The notes under the pieces are model-generated. The model worked only from the letters and a program-made list of their open reading frames with translations, did not search any database and had not been told where the DNA came from. A program made the position numbers and the translations under genes. From Octopus sinensis (Eukaryota), in contig NC_042998.1 of the NCBI RefSeq assembly GCF_006345805.1, positions 43,958,001-44,022,000 on the forward strand: a stretch of 64,000 nucleotides of DNA, given 5' to 3'. Below are positions 25,903 to 39,045 of this stretch, piece after piece; the first letter of the stretch is position 1; each line of letters starts with the position of its first letter.

Positions 25903-27165
25903 TCACACACATATATACACACACACACACACACACCACCACACAACACACACACACACACCCACATAGTAAACAAACACACACCACATACAAACAACAC
26001 ACACACACACACACAGAACACACACACCCACACACAACGCACCCACATATATCACATATACACACAGCACACAAATATAATATGTATCTATATATAACAT
26101 ACGCAGATATATAACACACATACACATACAACACACACACACACACAACACACGCACACATACATACGTAATATAAATATCACACAAATACACCTAGCAT
26201 ATATATACACACATACAATACACACATACAGCATGTAAGTAATATACATACACAATATATGCATGCAATATACATACGCAGTACATACATATAATATATA
26301 TAGACAATGCATATACATATATACACATATACATATAAATAGTGTTTACATCCACATACATAGATGTACCACATATACACACAATACACATACATACAAC
26401 GCATACACATACACGTACGCATACATATAATATATATATACACACACACACACATAACATACATACACAATGTATACATATATATACACGCAATGCACAT
26501 ACATGTATTCATGCATATATAGCACACCTACAATATACATATATACAATGCACACATACACACACATATATACACTTAATTGTACACATACATATACAAT
26601 ACACATACATACAATATACATATACACAATGCGCATGCAAATAATGTACATGTTTATACACACATAAACAAGCAAATAATATACACACACACACCACACA
26701 ACACACACATATATAACACACATATATATATATATATATATACACACATACATACATACATACATGCACATACATATATTTTTTCACACACATACACATA
26801 CATATATATATATATATAAAAAATTCACCCCCCCCACACACACAATTACAAACCTATAGCGTACACACTCAAATATATCTCTACATGCCGCACACAAACA
26901 CACAACAAAGTACTAACATATACACACATACCATGCATATACACACACACCACACACACACCACACATATATATATATATATATATATTTATATTAAAAA
27001 ACAAATACACATGTAAATACATACATACGTACACAATGCTCACACACACACACATACACACACACCCGTACACAGTGCACACACACACACATATATACAC
27101 ACGTGCACACACACATACACACAACGCGCGCGCACGCACACACATACACACACGCGCACACAGTG

Positions 27166-27197
<32 letters not shown>

Positions 27198-27290
27198 CAC
27201 CCGCGCACACACACACACAACGTGCACACACACACACACACACACACACAACACTCACACACATACATCACCTACATATATATAATGCAT
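25903..27290. repeat. Degenerate CA/TA-rich tract carried within the PLE-1 3' UTR/pLTR
   Basis: The same idiosyncratic interruptions (e.g. tagatgtaccacatatac, agcacacctacaat) recur at 31628-32372. Confidence 0.9.
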
Positions 27291-27436
27291 GCGTGTGCAT
27301 GCCACGTATGTGTGCGGTCAATGCCCGCTAGTGTGTCCTATGCGTGCCGATGCGCGCATGTGCCCGCCCGCACGATATGCTGTGAGCGTGCGCGCGTCCC
27401 TGTGTGCTTGCTCTGGATGTGTTTCCAGGGGGTATG

Positions 27437-29746
27437 TTAGAGTATGTTTAGTTGTGGTCTGTATTTTTGAATAAGATTACTTTCCTTATTTATTCGTGTT
27501 TGGTCTGTGGTGTTGTCCGAGCATTGGTATAGTGGGAAGACTAAGAATTTGGGGGACCTATTGTGTGCACAAAGGTCTAAGTGTCCACTTAGTGGTATCT
27601 GTCTTGTGGAGGGGTCCCTCATTTGTTGTCGGTGAACTGTCATTCTGTCTCTGAGGGTAAGGCTCGTTTGCCCTATGTAATCTTCGTGGCATCCTTCACA
27701 CCTTATGACGTAGAGTAAATTTTTTGATGCGCACGTGAAATTATTTTTTATGATGAATGTGTGTCCCGAGTGGAACTTGTACGATGATCCCTCAATGAGG
27801 TGGATGCAGGTCTTGCAGTTGGGGCGACCACATTTTTTGATGGTGGGCGGTGGGTTTGTGTTGTGTAATTTTGCGTTGGTGAGGAGGTTTTTTAGGGATT
27901 TAGGTTGTCTCTTACTTTTTATTATTTTATGAGCTGCCAGTATTTTTTTCAGGCGTGGGTCTTGATTTAGTTGTGGAATGTTGTTGTATATAATAGTGTA
28001 AGCTTCTGCATTCCTTGGGTTGTGTGTTGAGAGATAAGGGAGGCTATTGACTGTACTGTGGATGTGTTTGGGTTTTCGAAGGTCTTGAATGTTGATTGAT
28101 TTGGCCCGTTCTATTCCGTTGTCTACTAGTGATGCCGGGTAATGTCTTTCGAGAAGAATTGCCCTTAGTTCCCGGAGTCTTCTATTTCGTGTTGTGTCAT
28201 TTGAGACATAGTGCAGATTCTTCTCGCTAGGTTGAAGGGGATATTTGTCTTTGTGTGTTTTGGGTGATTGGAGGTGAATAGAAGGTATTGTTTAGAGTCA
28301 GTGGGTTTGTAATGGATGTCAGTTTCAATGTTGACGCCTTTTTTAATGATTAGGATGTCAAGAAAAGGGAGTTGGTCCTGACTATATTCCATTGTGAATT
28401 GAATGTTTTTATTTACACTGTTGATAAGGTTTTTGAAGTCTAAAGTTGGTCGAGTGTGTGGGACCATAGGATGAGGCAATCATCTAAGTAGCGTTTCCAG
28501 TTCTCCAACAGGTATTTGTGGAAAGACTGGCCGTACTTATATTTGGATTTTTCATAGATATGTGATTCCAGGTAGGCCATCACCAGGTTTGCATAGGTAG
28601 GTGCAACTTTCGTATCCATTGCAGTTCCTGAGACCTGTCTGTAAGTGTTGTTGTGGAAATACATGAAGTTGTTTTGGCAGAATAAATTTGAGGCCCTCAA
28701 TTATGAATTCTTTTTTAATTCTTTCCGGGATCTCATTGGGATATTTATCCAGCCAGAATTTAATGGCTTCCAGTCCAAATTCATGTGGGATTGTGGTGTA
28801 AAGATTAATAACATCAAAAGAAACGATTAAGGTGTCTTTATCGGCATGTTTGGGGAGATGGTTTAATAGGTCCAGGTCATCTCTTACAATACTTGGAATG
28901 TGTTTCAGTATTGGCTTTAAGATGATATCTATAAAGTTGCTAAGTCTGTGTGTTTCACAACTTGGGCCTGCCACTATTGGTCTCAGTTTGAGATCAGTGG
29001 GATGTGGTATAGTGATGCAGGTTGAAGTGGACTTTTTGCAAGCTTCTGTGATATTTGACTCTTGTGTATTTTTGGAAGCCCATAGAGTGTGCTGGTTTTG
29101 CAATTAAATTTAGTAATGTAGTCGCATTCCTTTGCTGTCAAGTCCTTCCGGTGTTGGTAAATGAGTGCCTTCAGATTGGTCATTGTTTTGGATTGCTGGT
29201 AGTCGACTACTCTTTCGTAGTATGTGGTATCCTCTAAAAGGAGAGATACAGAGTTTTTATATTGCTCAGTATTCATAACAACGACCGTACTACCCTTATC
29301 AGCTTCCTTTATTGTGACGTCATGATTGTCTCGTAGCGTATGGATGATTTCCCATTCTCTTTTACTGGTGTTGGGTTTGAGTTTAGGTTGTGGGAGTTCA
29401 CCATAAGGGAAGTTGGAGATGTAATCGCAAAATTTGTCTAAGGTTTTGTTTTTGCCTTTTTGGGATTATAGTTGCTTTTGTTACAGACCATTGATTCGTC
29501 GATATTATTAGTTTTCCTGTCAAAAAATTCCTCTGTGAGGCGTAATTTTCTGCAAAAGTGCGAGATGTCATCCTGTATTTCCCTCAGGTTAGGGTATTGC
29601 GGAGTTGGGGTGAATTTTAGTCCTCTTGAAAGAATTTTTATTTGTGGTGTCGACAGGTTTAGGTTAGAAAGATTCACTATTTTTGTTTTTTCGGGGTTGG
29701 TATCTACCATCTGGTGTCGTGGAAACTGATGCCCTTGCCTAAAAAA
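27437..29746 (-). pseudogene. PLE-1 pol: reverse transcriptase + Cys-rich linker + GIY-YIG endonuclease, with multiple 1-nt frameshifts
   Basis: IVNLSN..LSRGLKFTPTP, EADKGS, LYGLPKIHKS, LRPIVAG, SFDVINLYTTIP, GTAMDTKVAPTYANL, WKRYLDDC, LPFLDI, HYKPTD, CGRPNCKTC, CASKNLLYVIRCEGC..YIGQT, RMTVHRQQ, ending KYRPQLNIL. Confidence 0.95.
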
Positions 29747-31039
29747 GGAATCCTGGGGGTTCTTCTATTTGCGGTATTTTGCTGTATGTGATTCTGTCCC
29801 CCGTTGACATGTCTGTTGAAGAGGTTTTGGTTGTTGTGATTCTGTCCCCCGTTGCTATGTTGTCTGTTGAGGAGGTTTTGGTTGTTCCAGGGTCTGGTTG
29901 TTGGTGTGGCCTCCTGGAAGAGTTTTGGTTATTCCAGGGTTTGGGTTTTTTGTCCTGGGTGTAATGTTGGTTCCTTAGAGTGGGTTGGAAACTATATTCA
30001 TGGTTTAGAAGTGAATCCCTATATGTTGGGGGAGAACTCTGAGTTAGGAGCGGTTTTGGGTTGGAATCTACAATCATAGTTCAGAGATGGGTTTCTAAGT
30101 GATGGGTAGGATCTCCGAATCTGGAACGGTTCTTGTGTGGGTTGGGGTCTACGTTGTCTGGTAAAGTTTTGTCGTGTGTGATGGGTGTCTCGGTTCTTTT
30201 GATGGGATTGTAGTGCTGTCTGTAAGTTCTGTTGTTGTTGTTGTCGATGTTAGGGGTGGTGTGTGTTCGGTGTTTTGTTGGTTTTTCTTTGTTTTTGGCG
30301 AGGGGCGTGAGTTGAAGTAGATATTTTAAAATATGGGTTGCTTGAAAGGTGTTCCTTTGTGAACTCTGTTTCATAATTGGGAACCAGCTGTTTTTTTCCA
30401 TTCGCTGAGGGATGTTATTTCTTCATCCTCGCAGTTTTTTCTCCAGAGTTTGGTGGTTTCATCAAGGAGTGCTCCTTCACAGTGTTTTGAGATTTCAATC
30501 TGCATTTCATTGTCAAGGGTCTTGGATTTTTCTTCACTGGCGTTGGCTCTGAGCCGCAAGAGTTCTACTTCCGTTTTGAATTTTTCAAAAGCTAGTTTCT
30601 CCCTGAGGTTTTTTTGGTTTTCTGGTTCATTTTGGATGGGTTTTATTTGTAGTTTTCTGGGTAGGATGATAGGGGTGGAGTTGAGCCACTTTTCATAAAT
30701 GTCAGCTTTGTTGTTATTTTTTATGAAATTCCAGAAGGCAAACTTACGCGCTTTGAGATTTTTACTCCAGGTGTTGTTAAGAGAGCTTTTAATTGAGAAG
30801 CAGTCTTTAGTTTGCTCCTGCTTTGGGAGCACTGCCGTCTCTATGGATTTCATTAGGTTTTGCAGTGTTGGATGATGTCAGGGATTTGATTGGTTGTTTT
30901 GGCCTCCATGAGTCCATTTAGGTATAAGTGCGATTGTTCGACATTGTTTATTATGGTTGAAAGTTTCGAGAGATTTCTTGTAATTTTTTAGGATATTTTG
31001 GTTCATTAAAGATTCTGCTTGTTGTGATTTGGGTGGCAT
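29704..31039 (-). pseudogene. PLE-1 upstream ORF1 (helical/coiled-coil domain plus low-complexity tail), frameshifted
   Basis: Co-linear ORF pieces 30878-31099, 30371-30853, 30081-30401 and 29739-30077; ATG at 31039; heptad-like LREKLAFEKFKTEVELLRLRANASEEKSKTL. Confidence 0.7.
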
Positions 31040-31155
31040 TTTCGGGACTCGTGTGATGTTTATATATATATAAAAAAGTTGAGTTGTGGGGTATCGCACG
31101 AGTGGGATTATATAAGAAAAAAGGTTTGAAAATGCAATTTAAACGATGTTTATTT

Positions 31156-31196
31156 ACTTAACCGGTTTCACTCTTTGGTAAAAGATTGTCAAAAGT
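31156..31196 (-). ncRNA. PLE-1 pLTR hammerhead motif (U3-A8 covariant core)
   Basis: Reverse complement reads actt-TTGACAA-tcttt tacc aaaga gt-GAAAC-cg-GTT-aagt. Confidence 0.65.
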
Positions 31197-31633
31197 TACA
31201 TTTAAGGAAACATTGAATAATATGGGTTCAAAAAAAGTTTTTTACATAATTGTCACATTGAATATTATGCATTCAAAAAAGTTTTTACATAATTGTCACA
31301 TTGGATATTATGAATTCAAAAATGTTTTTTTATACATAATTGTCACATTACATGTATAAATATAGTGTTTGGTAACAGAGAAGTTCAATAGTGTGATGAG
31401 AATATTTGGGAAAATTTGGCAGAAAAGGATAAAACAAATATATTATTGGGAATTGGTTGCGTTAATTATTGGTTGTCGCAAATTGTCACATTACATGAGA
31501 AGAGAGGAAGTAGCCAATGTGGTGTATACTTCCCCTTTATGCATGAATGATTTTGGGGTTATCAGGAGGTTAGTATGCGGGTGTGAATAGATGTGTCTGT
31601 GCCCGCTGGTCAGATAGCGTCTGTTTGTCACAC

Positions 31634-31666
<33 letters not shown>

Positions 31667-31668
31667 AC

Positions 31669-31699
<31 letters not shown>

Positions 31700-32488
31700 C
31701 AACACACACACACACACACACATAGTAAACAAACACACACCACATACAAACAACACACACACACACACAGAACACACACACCCACACACAACGCACCCAC
31801 ATATATCACATATACACACAGCACACAAATATAATATGTATCTATATATAACATACACAGATATATAACACACATACACACACACCACACAACACACACA
31901 CACACCACACACACACACACATAACATACATACACAATGTATACATATATATACACACACACACACATAACATACATACACAATATATGCATGCAATATA
32001 CATACGCAGTACATACATATAATATATATATATAGACAATGCATATACATATATACACATATACATATAAATAGTGTTTACATACACATACATAGATGTA
32101 CCACATATACACACAATACACATACATAGATGTACCACATATACACACAATACACATACATAGATGTACCACATATACACACAATACACATACATACAAC
32201 GCATACACATACACGTACGCATACATATAATATATATATACACACACACACACATAACATACATACACAATGTATACATATATATACACGCAATGCACAT
32301 ACATGTATTCATGCATATATAGCACACCTACAATATACATATATACAATGCACACATACACACACATATATACATAATATCCAATGTGACAATTATGTAA
32401 AAACTTTTTTGAATGCATAATATTCAATGTGACAATTATGTAAGAAACTTTTTTTGAACCCATATTATTCAATGTTTCCTTAAATGTA

Positions 32489-32529
32489 ACTTTTGACAAT
32501 CTTTTACCAAAGAGTGAAACCGGTTAAGT
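32489..32529 (+). ncRNA. PLE-1 inverted pLTR hammerhead motif (U3-A8 covariant core)
   Basis: actt-TTGACAA-tcttt tacc aaaga gt-GAAAC-cg-GTT-aagt; stem III is the palindrome AACCGGTT. Confidence 0.65.
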
Positions 32530-32606
32530 AAATAAACATCGTTTAAATTGCATTTTCAAACCTTTTTTCTTATATAATCCCACTCGTGCGGTACCCCACA
32601 ACTCAA

Positions 32607-32658
<52 letters not shown>

Positions 32659-34394
32659 TACATAGTAAGTATTTTGAGATGTCTTTAAGTAAAGCTAAAA
32701 TTATAAAATGCTGATATCGAGAAAGACACACATTTACATATACATTTAGATGTTTGTGTTTGCATACATATACGCATATACATATATACAGATATGCATT
32801 TATATGCACACATGCACACATGTGTATGCATGTATGGTGCACTTAAATATGTGTTTATATTTACAGGTGTCTAAGCGCGTATATATATGTGTGAGAGTAA
32901 GTGTATAAGCAGATTACATAGATTGCTAGAGGGAGGGAGAGAAGGGAGGGAGATTGCTAGAGGTGGAGGAAAAGAAGTGTACCTTTTAATCACTGTGTAA
33001 TATACTCTAAATCCTATCTATGCGAAGCATCTTGAAGAGAATATAACCCTGTTAAACACTCAAAAACCGACTGCACTCAAGAGAATATTTCACAAATGTT
33101 ATAAGGCTGGGAGATAAAACTACAAAAATCATGAAAGGAGTTGGACATGATTATGGAAATGGGATTTCGATATGTTATCGACTTCGTACTTGTATGTAAA
33201 AATATATTGATCCTATATAAACAAATGTTTTGTGAACGTAGTTGGGTACACTTTGAATCAGTGTAATGGACCAAATCCCATTTCTCTCTTTCACACACAA
33301 ATATATATATATATATATCTGGGATTTAAATGAGCTCTATCTATTCTGACTGAGTTGCTGGGGGAAAAAAGCAGTAAAGAAACAGGCATTCGTGATGTGA
33401 TTGAATTTCTCAATAGCTTATGTTTTAATAAGGGAAAAAATGATGAAACTCCATATAAAAGTATTACATTGACCTCACTAAGTACTGTATTCGATACCGT
33501 TTTGGAAAGCGATTGAGAGTGATCGCATAATTCAAGGAAATAATGCAGAAGAATCCAGAAAATATTGATTTTTTTTCTAGTATGAGTATATCGATTGCTC
33601 TCACTTTCTCTCTCTCTCTCTCACTCACCTTCTCTCTCTCTCTTGCTGCTTATTGGAAGAAAAAACATCGTAAAATGTATTTTAAAGCATGTACGTGCTC
33701 ACGTATACACTTAAACAAAATATAATGAAACTAAAAGACAACAGGTGACATTAATTTTCGAACGATACTAAACACTTGCATAAATCCTAAACGCGATCTT
33801 TTATGGGTAAGTCGTTTCAGGTTCGTATTCCAGTTCGTACACTGAGTTAGAGGAAAACAAATATCGCCATGAAAAATACATACAAAATTGTCTAAACGTA
33901 AGCAAAGAAACTAATCCACACACAGTATCTACTAAATATTCAAGTATTTCTAAGACAAAGCATTAAAACTGAAGCTATTTCAAAACTGTTACTAAAGAGA
34001 AAATTTCATGGAATTATGAAACTTTTATCTACTAGCTTCTAAAAACAGCTTGGTATTCTGTTTATTCATAACAACGTTTTAGTTTTTCGCTGTTGTTTTT
34101 CATTTTCTTTTTATCTGTGACTCTAGAGATGATGATAAGAATGAAGTATATTCATTTATATTTTATCATCTTTAGTCTAAATATTAAAATCATCATTGAG
34201 TTTACTTGCTATTTTATACGTATTACATCAATAGCATCTCTATTACTTCAGCAATGAAAGCATAACGAAAGAATAAATAAACAGACTTTCTAATCAACAA
34301 ACGCGAAAATCGAGAATTACATTATGTAATTTTGTCATGAGTAATACATAAAGCTCTAGTATCAATATTTTTCCAATAGTAAATATGTTTATAA

Positions 34395-35273
34395 AAGCGG
34401 CGAGCTGGTTGAATATTAGCAGAGCACTTGATAGCATTTTCTTTGTTTTTACATTTTGAGTTCCAGTTTCGCCGAGGTTGACTTTGTCTTTCATTCCTCG
34501 GGTTCGATAAAATAAACACCAGTTGAGCACTGAGGTCGACGTAATCGGCTTACTCGCCTTCCTAAAATTGCTGGCCTAGTGCCAAAATTTGAAACCAATA
34601 CTAAATATGTTTACGCCGCCTCTGGGTCCTCAGAAAGCATAAGATATAAATGTCTGCTTTGATATTCGTGTTGTAGGCTTGCCAATTGCACAAATCTGTA
34701 GAACAATGATAGTAGCTAGCTAAATATAGATATTACAGGGAAAGTAGTAGCATACATACAGTATATATTCACGCGCACGCGTGTGTCTAGATATAATCCT
34801 TTATATAATAGGTACAAGGCCAGAAATTTGATGGGAGGGGACTAGTCGGTTACATCATTCCCAATGTTTCACTGGTACTTAATTTATCGACCCCAAAAGG
34901 ATAAAAGGTAAAGTTGACCTCAGTGGAATTTGAACTCAGAACGTATCGACAGGTGAAATACCTATCTCCTTACTACCAACAAGGGGCTAAACACAGAGAG
35001 GACAAACAAGGACAGACAAACGTAGCGGCAGACGAAATACCTATTTCTTTATTACCCACAAGGGGCTAAACATAGAGGGGACAAACAAGGACAGACATAG
35101 GTATTAAATCGATTACATCGACCCCAGTGCGTAACTGGTACTTATTTAATCGACTTCGAAAGGATAAAAGGTAAAGTCAACCTCGGCGGTATTTGAACTC
35201 ACAACGTAACGGCAGACGAAATACAGCTAAGCATTTCGTCTGGCGCGCTAACTATTCTGCCAGTTCACCGCCT
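34395..35273. mobile_element. Family A SINEs: 34395-34600 (+) and compound 34808-35273 (-)
   Basis: Family A head and body motifs in opposite orientations. Confidence 0.85.
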
Positions 35274-36043
35274 TGTGTGTATAGATAAAATGCCACTTAG
35301 ACAGCAAAGGAAAAGCACTCCAACCTCCCTATAGATTTTGCATTGCCTTCGAATTTGGTTGAAGGCGCGGAGAAATTTATTCTCAAACCGAAAACTTGGT
35401 TTCACGGAGTAAATATACACGAATTACATTTACCCTTTTACAATTCTGCCAGTGTACCCCTACTGGACTATAAATTTTCTATCGACGCCGAAAAAGATAA
35501 AAAGGGCAATACTGATCATGTAGGGCTTTGATCAGAGCTGGAACACATACAGCTAAGAGTTTTTACCATTGCTCTAATGACTACTAATTTACTATTGCGT
35601 GTCATTAGTATCTCTTTGGCTGTCGTTATCATGTCTGTGACAAGCTACAATATGTTAGGTTTTAATGAAGCACTCTTAGTATAGCACTAATTATAATTGT
35701 CTTCTTTGTGTGGAAAAACTTTCTCGATCAATAAAAGAAAAGGACACGTCTTCGTCATTGCGCTAAGAAAATATTATTGATGGGATGTAAATTAGAGAAA
35801 TAAGAGATCCTTTCGGTTTGTTTGTAGAAGCGCTGATGTTTGTGATAACAAAAGCGTAGATTTTTCATAAATATTGTTGAAATTGGTAATGTATGCGTGA
35901 AATTATTGATCAAATGGCTACGACTGTCTTCAGATAAAAATTGTTTGGCACACTGGAAACTCTATCGGTTCTTGTAGCTTAAGCGTGACAGGAGATTAGA
36001 AAATATTGATGGATTGGATTTACTGCGGATGAAATCTAGGTGC

Positions 36044-36276
<233 letters not shown>

Positions 36277-37024
36277 AGGGAAGGAAAATAATGCCAAAGG
36301 AGATAATATACTAAGGAAAATACCAAGGAAGAGAAAAGCATGGCGCCAGATAAAAAGCCGAAAAACAAGAAGAAATGACCTGAAATGAGAAACAATGCTT
36401 GATTCCTCTGAGGAACTCAGAACAGTGTTGATTAGTTTATACCCAACGGTTATAACGGGAGAGATTGTGCTGCATATTGGATGATGGTAACCTGCCAAGA
36501 GATGTTTATTTGAACTGGATATAAACACTGATGCAACAAGGTCTCAAGTCGTTTATGTCTAGATTTTATCATAATCAGAGATTTTATTTTGAGTGCTTTT
36601 TACCTAAAGGAAAAATTAGTGGATTTAATTTGGCATTTTAGGTTGATTAAGCTGATTTAGTGATGCGTTGTATTTCTAGAAGTATATGTATGGTTATTGG
36701 AATCCAAGGAGATGAATGCTGTAATGAGAAGCAGTAGAGTAATATCAATATCAATAAAACACAGTACGATGCTTCCTTATTTATTATAACCCCAAAACCA
36801 AATCTCTTTGAAGACATAAATTTGTACTAAAAGACCATGTTTGTTTTCAGACTTTTAGTTAACCCTTGTTTCATACGTTCTGTGTTACATAAAGCTTTGG
36901 TTTTGCTAAAAAATTATATCATATTATATCATATATGATGTATGGATATTAGAGGAATATGTCTTGTGTATCACATGTGATAAACAAGATAGGCGAAATA
37001 TTAATATATACATATATAGCCATG

Positions 37025-37322
37025 TGAAGGTGCAATGGCCCAGTGGTTAGGGCAGCGGACTCGCGGTCGTAGGATCGCGGTTTCGATTCCCAGACCGGGC
37101 GTAGTGAGTGTTTATTGAGCGAAAACACCTAAAACCTCCACGAGGCTCCGGCAGGGGGTGGTGGCGATCTTTGCTGCACTCTTTCGCCACAATTTTCTGT
37201 TTCTTCTGTTGGCCTGCTCGCTTAGCCATCTGGGTGGCAATTTTTGCAGACTAAAGCAATGCGAAGCGCATTGTGACCAGCGATGTGTAACAACTTCTGA
37301 TAGCCTGGTCGGTCACGGTGAT
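37025..37322 (+). mobile_element. tRNA-derived SINE, family C
   Basis: tggcccagtggttagggcagcggactcgcggtcgtaggatcgcggtttcgattcccag (tRNA-like head). Confidence 0.85.
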
Positions 37323-38149
37323 AGTGGTGATATATTGCCATATACGTTTCCTTACAACTTGCTATAGCCTTGGCTCTGACAGAAAAAAGTAGCGGTAGAA
37401 CCTACAAAATTCAAAGACCATCAAAGATAATCAAATTCAACCAAATATTTTGCTCAACAGAATTAACATACCATACACACAAAATTCGATAAACTTTTAT
37501 GAATTATTAGCTTTAACACATTTATATAACACACGGCTGTTGGTATTTTGTTCGGTTTCTTCATTTGCATTTGCACGCTTATATTATTTTAATATCGTGT
37601 TTCTAATAAAACGATACCACAAAACAATGCAAACACTCAAACAAGTAAATAATAGAACAGAAAAACATCAACAATCAAAATGCAATCACAGAAACATGCC
37701 TTTCACTAACAAATTAATTGAAAATAAACCACAGATTTTTAAAACATGTAACCAGAAAATGAATCCACTCAACAAATGACATAAACAAAGCAATGAATAG
37801 ATATACAAACAAATGTTTACATCCACACTAACAGATATAAGATTACTGCGTTGTAAGAGGTTTTGTCTGTAGATCACAGTGGCAAGAGTCGCAAGGTAGA
37901 AAATTCTGATGATAAAAGCTGTCAAGTTTCTTGATGTTTCAGCAGTATAGGCTTTATGTAATTCATCCTAAGTGTAAAACTGAATTGCTGAGGTATATTT
38001 CGTACAAAGAATTTCAGTGCAGGAATTACTGTTTAAAATTGCGCTGAGAGTTTGTTCGCAGCACTTCAAGGACTTTGAGGATACTGGAATCGTCGGCTGT
38101 TTTTCAGAATCCTTGAAGGTCTTCTTTGTATCGATTGCTGGATCTTGTT

Positions 38150-38540
38150 CAAAGAATTTCTCCTTTTGCATTGATGAGTCCCGAAACTATTTCGATACTA
38201 TCGTCAAATGAATATTGATCTCGTTTGGAAAGCTGATAGTTTCTCAACTGTTTCCACGATAACGTTTTGATGCAGTTCATCCTTCGTGTATGGTCGTTGT
38301 GTTGATTTCTTGATGCTTCTAATCTCTTGCATTTCTTCAGGGTCTTTAACGTCTTCAATTTACAAGATGATAATATTGCTTTTTGACATGTTGGTTGCAT
38401 GTATGGATGTTTTCTAAGGGATGGAGACCTTCGCTGCACTCATAAAGAATTTGTAGTCCGTCCAGTGTTTGTTCGAATTTCAAGGCCCTATCAATGGTTT
38501 GAACACGAGTACATCCATATAGTATCGAAGATGCTTGGAA
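38150..38540 (-). pseudogene. Highly degraded LINE (RTE-like) C-terminal fragment
   Basis: ILYECSE, RLEA...RRM...LSWKQLRN resemble the LLYG.E.W...LE....RR...I.W....N motif. Confidence 0.35.
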
Positions 38541-38835
38541 GGTAGAACTAGTTAAGAGCTAGAAGAAACCCGAAAAGAAAAGAAAATTATTAATGAAATA
38601 GATGTTCATAGGTTGAAAAGAGGTGTACTTGAGGGATATTATATGTATGTAAGTATGTATGCAAGTGTAGTGAATTGGTGTGCAGAGAGGAGTAGAAATT
38701 ATAGGGCTGCTACTGCTGATGAGGAGGATGATGATGATAAGGTTAAGTCACGGAACAAACGAAAAACAGAAAATGCAGGAATGAAATGTAATCGAAAAGG
38801 AATCGAAAGGAATCGAAAAATATTGTTAATGATAT

Positions 38836-39045
38836 TGAGCTCGGAGAATCGATGGCACGCCGGGCGAAATGCATAGCGGCATTTCGTGCGCCTTTACGTT
38901 CTGAGTTCAAATTTCACCCAGGTCGACTGCGCCTTTTATCCTTTCGGGATCGATAAAATAAGTACCAGTTGAGCACTGGAGTCGATGTAATCGACTTTCC
39001 ACCTCCCAGGAACTTGCTGGCCTTGAGCCAAAATTTGAAAACAAT
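38836..39045 (+). mobile_element. SINE family A
   Basis: gcacgccgggcgaaatgc...gttctgagttcaaatt...gataaaataagtaccag. Confidence 0.85.

Larger units (their letters stand above)
25240..32611 (-). mobile_element. Penelope-like retroelement PLE-1 (Neptune-like), partial tandem with inverted 5' pLTR, inserted in (TA)n
   Basis: Direct pLTRs at 25240 to about 26570 and 31109 to about 32375; inverted pLTR piece 32373-32611; RT plus C-terminal GIY-YIG; (TA)n on both flanks. Confidence 0.95.

Noticed and set aside
25751-32499. Many Cys/Val/Tyr- or His/Thr-rich ORFs up to 309 aa
   Set aside because: Translations of CA/TA low-complexity tracts
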